From: Bdellovibrionota bacterium
GTDB taxonomy: Bacteria > Bdellovibrionota_C > UBA2361 > OMII01
NCBI GenBank assembly: GCA_044345405.1
Contig: JBIJBE010000016.1
Location: 1-64,000 of the forward strand
Reading direction: 5' to 3'
DNA length: 64,000 nucleotides
Positions within the stretch are counted from its first letter, which is position 1, and each line of letters begins with the position of its first letter. The translations under genes and the position numbers were made by a program. This document shows, piece after piece, positions 10,303-19,258 of this stretch. A model generated the notes under the pieces. That model did no database searches and was not told the origin of the DNA. It was given only the letters and a program-made list of their open reading frames with translations.

Positions 10303-11855
10303 TGCGCGAAACGCACAGAGCTCTCAGCCGAGCCCTCTCGTTCTGTTGTGGATCCACATGCTTTGACGTGGAGAAGTTTTTTCATCGAGCTACATTGGAG
10401 CTTCATCACGGACTGGAGTCTGACGTCGCCGCGATGGCGTTCGTTATCAAACGCGGAGACGGCTCCTGTTTTGTTGGGCGTTCTCGCGAGGACCAGGCGC
10501 TGCCGGCGGAAACCTTGCTCGGCCTATTATTGGAGAAACATGGTGAACGGTTGCCCTATCGCGTTCGCGACCACGCGTTGGACACGGTACGGTTCCTCGA
10601 CCATCGATTTCGAACCTCTGTGATCGTTCGGATCGAGGTTCCTGAAGGGCTCGTGCCAGGCGCCGAGGGAGCGATATGGCTGGGATTGCCCGGCGGCGCG
10701 CATCCCGGTTTTTTAGCGGTGGCGGAAACGATGGGACGCGATGTGAGTGAGTGGCTCTCGTGGTACGGAGGGATTCTCGAGGCGAACATGCGAGTAGCGG
10801 CTGAACGTTCTCAGGAGATTCGCCGTCTTGAGGAGATGCGATCGTTGCTTCACGACGCACGAGCGCCACTCGGTGTTTTGAAGTATATGACCCGCGGCAA
10901 GCACGATGACGAATCGATCTCCTGTATGCGGCAGGAACTGAACTATCTTCAAGAGATTCTCGCGCAGGGCGCCCCTCGCTCGAACTCTATGGCTCTACCG
11001 GAATCATGCGATGTTGGTGAGATCGTTCGCAGGGTGTATCGACGTTACGCGCAAGAGGGATACGGCAACACGATGACGATCGATGTCGGCTATCGGACAT
11101 TCTACGGACGATTCCCCTCACTTGAATTAGAGCGAATCGTGACCAATCTCACGAGTAACGCCCTACGACACGCACCGCGCTCACAGATACGACTTGTGAT
11201 TGAGGAGCGAGGGGAGCGTATCGTGGTGTCCGTTTGCGACAATGGGCCGGGGATTCCGGCGAGCACGCTTAAGGCGATCCGAGAGGGAGACGCCGTGCGG
11301 AGTGACGGTGAGTCAGGCTGGGGCATAGGCCTTAAGAGTTGTCTTTCGAAGGCTCGCTCCTGGGGAGGCGATGTCTCGATTGTATCGAACGAGCGGGAGG
11401 GGACGTGTGTGAGCGTCTCTATTCCAAAAGGGGAGGCGCCCCTTGAGGCGCGACGTTTGGAGGTCGCGGATGGAGGTATCCATCGAGATGATGCCGATAC
11501 GCGCGTTGATGTGTGCGTTGTTGATGACGACAAGGAGCATGGACGCTCCCTCTCTAGGCTTTTGCGCGGGTTTGGATTGAAGGTAGGACAAAGTGATTCT
11601 CTGGAATCGTTCTTGCGTGATTTCGCCAGTGAAGATGTTCCTTCAATCTTGTGCGACGCGCACATGCCAGATGGTGGCGCGGAGCGGCTGTTGCCTATCC
11701 TCGCGAGATCGTCGAAACCTCCCCGTCTCGCGGTAGTTAGTGGAGACTCTTCGGATGACCAGCTCTATCGCCTCGCGGGTCTTGGCGCGCAGGCATTCTT
11801 TACGAAGCCTGTTGATGTGGATGAGGTTGTGGCGTGGGTGAGGGGAGGGGGATGA
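10302..11855 (+). CDS. soluble hybrid sensor histidine kinase / response regulator
   Basis: H-box LLHDARAPL, N-box NLTSNALRH, G1 DNGPGI, G2 GWGIGL. C-terminal REC (VVDDD, LCDAHMP, FTKP). No clear TM. Confidence 0.9.
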   Translation: MRETHRALSRALSFCCGSTCFDVEKFFHRATLELHHGLESDVAAMAFVIKRGDGSCFVGRSREDQALPAETLLGLLLEKHGERLPYRVRDHALDTVRFLDHRFRTSVIVRIEVPEGLVPGAEGAIWLGLPGGAHPGFLAVAETMGRDVSEWLSWYGGILEANMRVAAERSQEIRRLEEMRSLLHDARAPLGVLKYMTRGKHDDESISCMRQELNYLQEILAQGAPRSNSMALPESCDVGEIVRRVYRRYAQEGYGNTMTIDVGYRTFYGRFPSLELERIVTNLTSNALRHAPRSQIRLVIEERGERIVVSVCDNGPGIPASTLKAIREGDAVRSDGESGWGIGLKSCLSKARSWGGDVSIVSNEREGTCVSVSIPKGEAPLEARRLEVADGGIHRDDADTRVDVCVVDDDKEHGRSLSRLLRGFGLKVGQSDSLESFLRDFASEDVPSILCDAHMPDGGAERLLPILARSSKPPRLAVVSGDSSDDQLYRLAGLGAQAFFTKPVDVDEVVAWVRGGG

Positions 11856-12038
11856 GTAATGCCTTGTTCGGCAGTCGCTGGAATCAGCGAAGCGGGAGGG
11901 CGACCATTCCTCCCTCGACTTTGCTCGGGACAGGCTGGTCGCCGAGAGGTTGCGTGGCGCGCATGATTTCCGCCTCCCGGAGCACGGCGGTCAGGAATGA
12001 CCGCCCTCCCGTTGTGCGGGTTCTCACCGCGAAACTTT

Positions 12039-12596
12039 CTACACCGCCTTCGTCGTCCGCGTATCGATCGGCTTCCCAAGAAGCGGCGGAAGATCTGGAT
12101 GGTGTTGCATACCACCCTGCGAGTGAACGATCTGTTGCCTCGAACGTTGGATATCGGACTGTAGGTGCATGAGCGCGTCGAGAACGGTCTCTGGGCGTGG
12201 TGGACATCCTGGGATGTACATATCAACCGGGATGATCTTATCGATGCCGGCTACCGTTGTGTAGTTATCGTAGAATCCACCGGATGACGCGCACGCGCCA
12301 AAAGCTACTACCCACTTCGGCTCAGCCATCTGCTCGTACACGCGCAGAAGAACCGGAGCGAGCTTGTGGTTAACGGTACCAACCACCCACAAAAGGTCTG
12401 ACTGACGAGGGGTGAATCGTGGAAGCGCGGCGCCGAAACGATCGGTGTCGTAGTGGGAGCAGTTCACTGACATGAACTCCATGCCGCAGCACGCGGTCAC
12501 GAACGGGTAGGAGAAGAGGGAATACTTACGAGCCCAGCCGAGTGCGCTTTCAAGTGTCGTCGTAAAAAACCCGGACTGGTCAGCCGAATAAACCAT
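12039..12596 (-). CDS. nuoB: NADH-quinone oxidoreductase subunit B
   Basis: TACCGMEF, PRQSDLL, GACASSGG, VDMYIPGCPPRPE. Start placed at ATG 12596. Confidence 0.95.
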   Translation of the reverse strand: MVYSADQSGFFTTTLESALGWARKYSLFSYPFVTACCGMEFMSVNCSHYDTDRFGAALPRFTPRQSDLLWVVGTVNHKLAPVLLRVYEQMAEPKWVVAFGACASSGGFYDNYTTVAGIDKIIPVDMYIPGCPPRPETVLDALMHLQSDIQRSRQQIVHSQGGMQHHPDLPPLLGKPIDTRTTKAV

Positions 12597-12919
12597 GTGA
12601 ACTCCATCGGTACATCTTCGAGAGGCGGTCTCAAAACCGTCGCCCCCTATTACTATATAATATGTCGGTGTCCCGCAAATCGCTATTCGACCCGAACTGA
12701 TGTGGGAATTGGAAAACATGTGTGCGTTCCAACGTGAAGGCGTGTATGTGCCGACAAAACCCAAGGGCTCTGGCGCAAGCCGCTGATATTGTTGGGTTTA
12801 TGGCAATTTGCGGAAGCGGTGGTGTTTCGGATCTTCCTAAAGCTCGCGCCATCACGGGAATACCCCCGACTCCATCCTTCGTGCTACCCTCCAGCTCGCG
12901 TTCGTAAGTAAAGATCTTT

Positions 12920-13687
12920 ATGTCAGCGACCCCAGCGATGACCCCCCAACAGAAGGAGTTAACCGACACCAAGAGCTCGGGGCTCGCGGCGTACCGTCGG
13001 CTCGCTGTGGGAAAGGGCTCGACCCTGCATTTCGTCGCCTATGAGGTGGTGCAGTTGCTCTTCGGAAACCTCCCAGGCCTTATAGGTTTCGCGACTCGTG
13101 CTCTCGCGTATCCCTTCCTCTTTAAGTCATGTGGTCGTCGACCGGCCCTTGGACGTGGGGTGCTTGTTCGGATTCCTCAGCAGATCTCCCTGGGTAACGG
13201 TGTCCTTATCGATGATGGAGCCTCACTTGATGTGCGAGGAGATGACGCCTCGATTACTATCAAGGATAGGGTCAGTATCGGTCGCCTCTCAACGATCGCC
13301 GCGAAGCACGGGCATATTACCCTTGGGGATGGATGTAACATCGGCTCGTATTGCCGCATCGCCACCCAATCACGAGTTGATATCGGAGAGAGCGTACTGA
13401 TAGGAGCGTATTGCTACGTTGGGCCGGGAAATCACACCGGTGGTGGCGAGGAAACCCCGTTGATTGAGCAACCGATGGATATCAAAGGTGGCGTTTCGAT
13501 CGGATCGCATGCGTGGCTCGGCGCGCGAGTAACCATTATGGATGGTGTGAGGATCGGGGCGCACGCGGTAGTTGGCGCGCACTCGTTCGTGAAGGATGAT
13601 GTGCCGGATTACGCGGTGGTTGTTGGAACTCCAGCGAGGATCGTAGGCTCCCGTAAGGCCGAGGCCACGCACACTCAAAACGCGTAG
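12920..13687 (+). CDS. hexapeptide-repeat (left-handed beta-helix) acyltransferase
   Basis: Repeated [LIV]Gxxxx hexapeptides, IGSHAWLGARVTIMDGVRIG, VVVGTPAR. Confidence 0.9.
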   Translation: MSATPAMTPQQKELTDTKSSGLAAYRRLAVGKGSTLHFVAYEVVQLLFGNLPGLIGFATRALAYPFLFKSCGRRPALGRGVLVRIPQQISLGNGVLIDDGASLDVRGDDASITIKDRVSIGRLSTIAAKHGHITLGDGCNIGSYCRIATQSRVDIGESVLIGAYCYVGPGNHTGGGEETPLIEQPMDIKGGVSIGSHAWLGARVTIMDGVRIGAHAVVGAHSFVKDDVPDYAVVVGTPARIVGSRKAEATHTQNA

Positions 13688-13696
13688 AGGATATTT

Positions 13697-14656
13697 TTGA
13701 GGCCATTTCTCGTACTAGTTTTCTGTGTTGGTATCGTCGCCCTGGTCGCGGGTGGATTCGTGCTCGTGCGTGACTTTAATCGTACCTTCCCGCAGCTAAA
13801 GCCAGGGGTGTACGGAGGAATGCTCGTTCCCGATGGCGAAGCCGCGGCGATTCCGTGGTGGGTTGAGTCCACGGTCGGGAGCGCTGACATCCTCGTCGCT
13901 CTTGGTGTTCCCGGCGTGCCAGCGCAACGCGGCGTTGTGGTTGAGTCTTCGAGCAAAACGCGACTTCCGCTCATCGTTACCGGTGCTGAGCGGCGATTTC
14001 GTATCGTGGGTCGAGAGGATGATAACGGCACCTATGAGGGCGATTACACGGACCCGATTACCTCGGAGCGTGGAACGTGGCGCCTAAAGCGATATGATAT
14101 TCCTCCTTTAGAAAAATCCTCGCGCGACGACCTCGTTGAGTGGGTGACAACCTGGCAGGCGTTGCGATCCGTAGAGACCAAGATCGAGGAGGTCAAAAAC
14201 TCGTACGATACGGATGAGGAGCGTATTGAAAAATTACATCGATACGCTGTCGAGGGTGACTCTCTCCAGAAGGTCGCAAATTCCCGACTTACCTCGACCT
14301 CTTCCGCGCTTGATGAGCTAAAGAAGAATAACGCCGTTAAGAAGGGGGAGCTCGATGAACTGCTTCGGAATATCGATATCAGTAGGCGAGTTTCAAATGA
14401 GGGGCGGCTCGTTGATTTGAGTCGTGAAAGCATCACTCGAGAAGGGAGATGGATCGAGCAGGCGCTCAACATCGCCGCTCCAAATGTATCTGGCAACTTT
14501 GACGCCTCCTACGAGCGAGCGCTCAAGGTAAAAGCGCTGCAAGATCAGATCGCTGATGAGCGAGGGCTTATCCGTAATCTTACGGAGGGTCCTCGATATC
14601 GAGAACGTGACGGTGAGCGTGAGAGTGAGGAGGCTTTCTATAATGAGCTTCAGTAA
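13697..14656 (+). CDS. hypothetical membrane-anchored protein with a long C-terminal coiled coil
   Basis: N-terminal TM, then a beta-rich region, then heptad-rich E/K/L helices. Confidence 0.7.
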   Translation: MRPFLVLVFCVGIVALVAGGFVLVRDFNRTFPQLKPGVYGGMLVPDGEAAAIPWWVESTVGSADILVALGVPGVPAQRGVVVESSSKTRLPLIVTGAERRFRIVGREDDNGTYEGDYTDPITSERGTWRLKRYDIPPLEKSSRDDLVEWVTTWQALRSVETKIEEVKNSYDTDEERIEKLHRYAVEGDSLQKVANSRLTSTSSALDELKKNNAVKKGELDELLRNIDISRRVSNEGRLVDLSRESITREGRWIEQALNIAAPNVSGNFDASYERALKVKALQDQIADERGLIRNLTEGPRYRERDGERESEEAFYNELQ

Positions 14657-15467
14657 GACCTCACAGTGCGTAGGCGTCTTGTTCGCTCTCGGTGTTAGCG
14701 TCGCTCACGCCTCTCCTGAGCCCGTAACGTTGGTGCAGTCGGTCGAGATAGCGGCGCTTCCGGATAAGGCGAACGTAGTGGTTTCTCAAGGGGCAACCGT
14801 TATCGCCGTCGTCCCCGCCGCAATCGTGGTTCACGATGGCTCGCCGACGGTGACCGTTGTCGGTCGAGTAACACTGCCGATAGAGGGTGGGCCCTACAAA
14901 GCGCTCGTGACGGTATACGCGAAGACCGGTGAGATAGGCTCGGCTGTTCGCGAGATCAAGGATGTGCGGCTTGAGCCCGCGGTACTGCTCGACGTGTCCG
15001 AGCTGAAGCGACGACTTGGCGAGCAGAAGGCTGAGCTGCACAAGTGGGATAAGCAGTCGAATGAGCAGAGATCCAGACTCAAAAAGGTGCAGCAGCAGGC
15101 TGATACCCTCTCAAAAGTTGGGAAGATCATCGATACTGATGATGAGCTTCGCGCGGCGAAGGAGGAAAACGCGCGCCTCGTCGCCTCGATAGCCCTTGCT
15201 CAGGAGCGAGCGCTCGCGCTTAAGAGTAAAGAGACCCCACCTAACTTCAAGAAACGGGAGGCCGAGATCTCTACCTACCTCAACACGCTCTCAACCGAGC
15301 TCAAGGCATCTGAGGAGGGGGGCGCCTTCGATAGCGCCTCAAAGGAGCTTCAAGAAAAGAAAGATCTCATTGAGGCGACAAAGTACGAACACCTCGATCT
15401 CCTCAAAGATGAGCTTGCGGAGATGCGCCGTAAGCGCGAGGCGTTGGAGCGCAAGGCGGCGGAGTAG
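14643..15467 (+). CDS. hypothetical exported coiled-coil protein
   Basis: Signal peptide ending VAHA, a beta-rich domain, then a long E/K/Q/L-rich coiled coil. Overlaps the upstream gene. Confidence 0.7.
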   Translation: MSFSKTSQCVGVLFALGVSVAHASPEPVTLVQSVEIAALPDKANVVVSQGATVIAVVPAAIVVHDGSPTVTVVGRVTLPIEGGPYKALVTVYAKTGEIGSAVREIKDVRLEPAVLLDVSELKRRLGEQKAELHKWDKQSNEQRSRLKKVQQQADTLSKVGKIIDTDDELRAAKEENARLVASIALAQERALALKSKETPPNFKKREAEISTYLNTLSTELKASEEGGAFDSASKELQEKKDLIEATKYEHLDLLKDELAEMRRKREALERKAAE

Positions 15468-15548
15468 GTTGTCGCCCTCCCTAATGTCGGGTTAAACCCC
15501 CTCACAATCGTCCTTTTCCCTTCCTCCAATATCGACTAGTGTAACTGC

Positions 15549-15818
15549 GTGGAAATAGGGCAGAAACAAGATTTGCAACCGCTCGTGGATGCTATCGTCA
15601 AACGACGAATGGTTGAGCCATCTATCTTCCTCCTGGAGATGTGCAAACCGCTCGTAGGGTGTTTGCGAGAGCTCTATGCGGTGAGTGAGCCTCTGCTGCA
15701 CACGCTGCTCGGCAGCTCCCTTGCGCCGGCCTTGAAACGGGCGCTGCAATCATCCGATGACGCAGAGGTGCTGATCCGTGCACTTGAAGAGACCCGTGGG
15801 GGCTCACGGAGCGTATGA
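15549..15818 (+). CDS. small conserved hypothetical protein heading the DUF6754-GlmL operon
   Basis: IVKRRMVEPSIFLLEMCKPL. ATGA overlap with the next gene. Confidence 0.7.
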   Translation: MEIGQKQDLQPLVDAIVKRRMVEPSIFLLEMCKPLVGCLRELYAVSEPLLHTLLGSSLAPALKRALQSSDDAEVLIRALEETRGGSRSV

Positions 15819-16627
15819 GTGGTCTTGAGCACATCACCCCTGGAATACTCGTTGTTCTCGTCATCGCGGGTATTATCCTGTATCGCGAATTAAAGCGCGC
15901 GCAGGGAGGCTACCACCACTTCATTCGCCGCATCCCGGGCGTTGATGCCGTTGAGGGCGCGGTTGGTCGATGCGCTGAGCTTGGAAGGCCCGTGGTGTTT
16001 ACGACCGCGCTTACCGATGTGGGCCCCGTACTCTACGCCTGTCTTGGAGTGCTTCACGCTGTCGCGCGAAAAGTCGCGCAGTACAAATTAAAGTTGATTG
16101 TTCCGCAGTATTCCCCTGAGGCCATGGCTCTCGTTGAAGATACTGTGCGCGAAGCGTACCGAGATGTTGGTCGAGGAAGCTCCTTTGATCCTGATGGAAT
16201 TAAGTTCCTTTCGAGCGAACAGTTCGCCTTCGCGTCCGGATATATGGGCTTGATGCATCGCGAAAAGGCGGGCGCCGCCTTCATGTTCGGCGCCTTCGCG
16301 GCTGAGGCGCTTGTGTTGGCGGAGGCCGGGCAACAGGTTGGCGCGCGACAGGTCGCGGCGAGCGTGAGTCCAGAGCAGGTCGCGTTCTTCATCTGTACCT
16401 GCGACTACACGTTGATCGGCGAAGAGCTCTTCGGAGCTTCCGCGTATTTGAGTCGTGAGCCGGTCCAGGTGGCGACCCTCGCGGCGCAGGATCGGTTGAA
16501 GCTGCTCTTCCTCGGTCTCATCATCCTGGGTGTTCTCTTGGCGACCCTTCAAGCATGGTATCCCAGCCTCGCCGCATGGATGCCGCATAGGCTGTTGTCC
16601 GCTGATTGGAGCTCGCTCGCATGGTAA
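15815..16627 (+). CDS. DUF6754 domain membrane protein
   Basis: FIRRIPGVDAVEGAVGRCAELGRPV, QFAFASG, CDYTLIGEELFGASAYLSREP match my recollection of the DUF6754 family. N- and C-terminal TMs. Confidence 0.8.
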   Translation: MSGLEHITPGILVVLVIAGIILYRELKRAQGGYHHFIRRIPGVDAVEGAVGRCAELGRPVVFTTALTDVGPVLYACLGVLHAVARKVAQYKLKLIVPQYSPEAMALVEDTVREAYRDVGRGSSFDPDGIKFLSSEQFAFASGYMGLMHREKAGAAFMFGAFAAEALVLAEAGQQVGARQVAASVSPEQVAFFICTCDYTLIGEELFGASAYLSREPVQVATLAAQDRLKLLFLGLIILGVLLATLQAWYPSLAAWMPHRLLSADWSSLAW

Positions 16628-17688
16628 CGATACAATCAACCGACACGAGAATAAAGCTGATCCGGATCTTCACCTTCTTGGGAGGAGTCTACTTCTTTCT
16701 CTACTTCGTTCTTCCCGAGAGCGCCGTGACCGCCATCGGCATGAAGGCGCACCACGAGCAGATATCAAATGGATTTATCGTGATTGGGGCGATGGCGCTC
16801 GGGCTCGGATTGTACAATATCGTTCGAGCTCACGGCGCGCGGGTCGTCTTTCAACGGAGTGGGTGGTTTAACAGCCTCGCATTGCTCGTTGGACTGGTCG
16901 CGATGATCGGAGCGACATCGGCTCAGTGGATAGAAAATCTTCAGAATACAAAAGACATTCGCTCTGTTCAGGTTCTTGGAGAGTTCGCGACCCGTATCGT
17001 CGAAGACGCCAAGAGTCCTCCAACTGATCGAGTTGTACCCCCGTTTGCAGAACGAGTTTCCGCTCTTGTTCGGTATGGAGAGGAGCGCGTAACGCTGATC
17101 GAATCGCATACCAACCTCTCGGTAGAGGCTGGTACGAATGGCGCCTCAAGCGTTCTCATCGGTGAGGTGCGAGACCGTATCGCGACCACTCGCGCGAAGC
17201 TTGGAGAGATTAAGAATGTTTCCTGGGAACAGCCGAGTGACGAAAATTTGGGTCGACTGACACAGTTCTCTCAGGACGCCGCGAAGCTCGCCAGTTCTTA
17301 CTCCATAGTTAAACGCTCTCACGACGCGCATAGCACCTCGCAGAAGGTATATGACTTCCTCTTCGATGGGCTCTTCAATCAGCTCGGTTCCGCGATGTTC
17401 GCCCTGCTCGGTGTGTATATCGCGGCCGCTGCGTATCGGGCATTCCGTGTTCGCACGATCGAGTCGGGGCTCATGATGACCGCGGCGGTAATTGTGATGC
17501 TTGGGCAGATCTCCTTTGGAAAGGAGATCTATGAGCATATGCCCTCCATCCGGCAGTGGCTCCTTGAGGTTCCTAATAGCGCGGCGTTCCGAGCGATCCG
17601 ACTGGGAGCCGGAGTCGCTGGGCTTATGCTCGCTATCAGAATGTGGCTCTCTATCGAATCGAAATCTTTCTCATCGGGGCGTAAGTGA
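16621..17688 (+). CDS. polytopic membrane protein of unknown function with an inserted helical soluble domain
   Basis: Three N-terminal TMs, a ~130 aa helical insert, then MFALLGVYIAAAAYRAFRVRT and AAFRAIRLGAG TM region. Confidence 0.8.
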   Translation: MVTIQSTDTRIKLIRIFTFLGGVYFFLYFVLPESAVTAIGMKAHHEQISNGFIVIGAMALGLGLYNIVRAHGARVVFQRSGWFNSLALLVGLVAMIGATSAQWIENLQNTKDIRSVQVLGEFATRIVEDAKSPPTDRVVPPFAERVSALVRYGEERVTLIESHTNLSVEAGTNGASSVLIGEVRDRIATTRAKLGEIKNVSWEQPSDENLGRLTQFSQDAAKLASSYSIVKRSHDAHSTSQKVYDFLFDGLFNQLGSAMFALLGVYIAAAAYRAFRVRTIESGLMMTAAVIVMLGQISFGKEIYEHMPSIRQWLLEVPNSAAFRAIRLGAGVAGLMLAIRMWLSIESKSFSSGRK

Positions 17689-18548
17689 TGGGTGGACGTC
17701 GGTTGATATACCTTCTCATGATCTTGGCGGTTGGATTGCCAATCGTATTCGGCATCTCGCAGAAGCCGTCGCGCTTGGTGTCCGCCGAGCGGATGTATGA
17801 TGTCGTCGAACAGGTGCGAGTACAACCGGGCGAGGTCGCCATGGTGTGGTTCGATTTCGGTCCTAATACGATAGCCGAGAACGAGCCGCAGGCGCAGGTG
17901 TTGATCGAGCACCTCTTCCGTCGTCGGATTCCGGTAGTGCTCCTCTCGCAGTATCAACAAGCTGAGCGTTTCCTCACCAAGATTCCGAACGAGGTAGCTC
18001 AACGGCTTGAGGCTGAGATGCCGGGTCAGCAGTGGCGGTACGGCGAGGCGTGGGTGAACGCGGGGTTTCGCCCCGGTGGCGCTATCTTTATCCAATCGAT
18101 GGTCAACGCGGCCGATGTCTCAAAGTTCCTCGGACGCGATGTCAACGGAATGCCTATCAGCCACTATCCAGCGTTCTCCGCGATCGGGGGCGTTGAACGG
18201 GTGAAGCTCGTTGGTGAGATAACAGGACTTGTTGGCGTTTTCGACAATATCATCCAGTTCTTCCAAAAGAATGAGTATCGACCCACAATCGTGCACGGCT
18301 GCACCTCGATTACGATTCCAGAGGCGTACATCTTCCTCGATTCAGGTCAGTTGAAGGGACTTCTTGAGGGGATAGCGGGGGCAGCGTGGTACTCTGAGGT
18401 TCTGAAGGAGCACTTCCCTCATAGTGAAAATAAGGAGCTCTTGGTGACGAACACGGCGCTTAGCGCCGCTCACATCGTGCTTATCCTACTCATCGTTCTT
18501 GGAAACATCGTACCGTTGTTTGAACGTCGGAGGGCGAATCATGGATAG
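17685..18548 (+). CDS. membrane protein of unknown function (TM - alpha/beta domain - TM)
   Basis: RRLIYLL TM, FDFGPNTIAENEP, YGEAWVNAGF, SGQLKGLLEGIAGAAWY, C-terminal TM. Confidence 0.8.
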   Translation: MMGGRRLIYLLMILAVGLPIVFGISQKPSRLVSAERMYDVVEQVRVQPGEVAMVWFDFGPNTIAENEPQAQVLIEHLFRRRIPVVLLSQYQQAERFLTKIPNEVAQRLEAEMPGQQWRYGEAWVNAGFRPGGAIFIQSMVNAADVSKFLGRDVNGMPISHYPAFSAIGGVERVKLVGEITGLVGVFDNIIQFFQKNEYRPTIVHGCTSITIPEAYIFLDSGQLKGLLEGIAGAAWYSEVLKEHFPHSENKELLVTNTALSAAHIVLILLIVLGNIVPLFERRRANHG

Positions 18549-19257
18549 CTCCTCAACATGGGCCCTCGCTTCCGTTATCGTTGGTGGACTCGCGACCCTC
18601 GCCATCTTTAGCTTCCTTATTAAAGAGAACGGATTCTATCGTTTCTTCGAGCACCTCTTCATCGGTATCGCCGCGGGGCTTGGACCGATGCTTATTATCC
18701 GCGACTTCTTGTGGCCGAATATCCTGGAGCCGATGTTGGGTCTTACCATCGTGACCTATCCAGACGGGACCCACTCGGAGTCGTATCAGCCACTCTACCT
18801 CCTCTACATCATCCCGATGATATTTGGGTGTCTCTACTATTTTATCTATTCGCAGCGGTACTCGTGGCTCGCCAAGCTTGTTATCGGATTTACACTTGGC
18901 GCGAGTGGAGCCCTGGCGATTCGAGGCTTCTTCTCTGAGGCGGTCCCGCAGATAGCGGGAAGCTTTAAACCTCTTGTCGTCTTCGTTGAGGGTAACGTAT
19001 CCCTCCTGGAGAGCTTTAATAATATCCTCTTCGTCGCCACGTTGCTGTTGGTGCTCAACTATTTCTTCTTCACCTTCGGAAAGGAGGGCTCGCTGCAGGG
19101 CAAGATAGCGCCGGTCGGGCGGCCGCTTCTTATGGTGTGCTTTGGAGCGTTCTTTGGCTCAACGGTCATGGCGCGACTCGCCCTTCTCGTCGAGAGAGTG
19201 CAGTTTATCGTTCACGATTGGTTCGACGCGGTTGGTACCCTAGTGGGGATAGGATAG
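18541..19257 (+). CDS. polytopic membrane protein of unknown function
   Basis: About six TMs; TLAIFSFLIKENGFYRFFEHLFIG and MVCFGAFFGSTVMARLALL. Confidence 0.8.
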   Translation: MDSSSTWALASVIVGGLATLAIFSFLIKENGFYRFFEHLFIGIAAGLGPMLIIRDFLWPNILEPMLGLTIVTYPDGTHSESYQPLYLLYIIPMIFGCLYYFIYSQRYSWLAKLVIGFTLGASGALAIRGFFSEAVPQIAGSFKPLVVFVEGNVSLLESFNNILFVATLLLVLNYFFFTFGKEGSLQGKIAPVGRPLLMVCFGAFFGSTVMARLALLVERVQFIVHDWFDAVGTLVGIG

Positions 19258-19258
19258 C

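Noticed and set aside
11834-12226. Short overlapping ORFs between the kinase and nuoB
   Set aside because: Arg/Pro-rich shadow frames with no motifs or RBS, largely overlapping nuoB.
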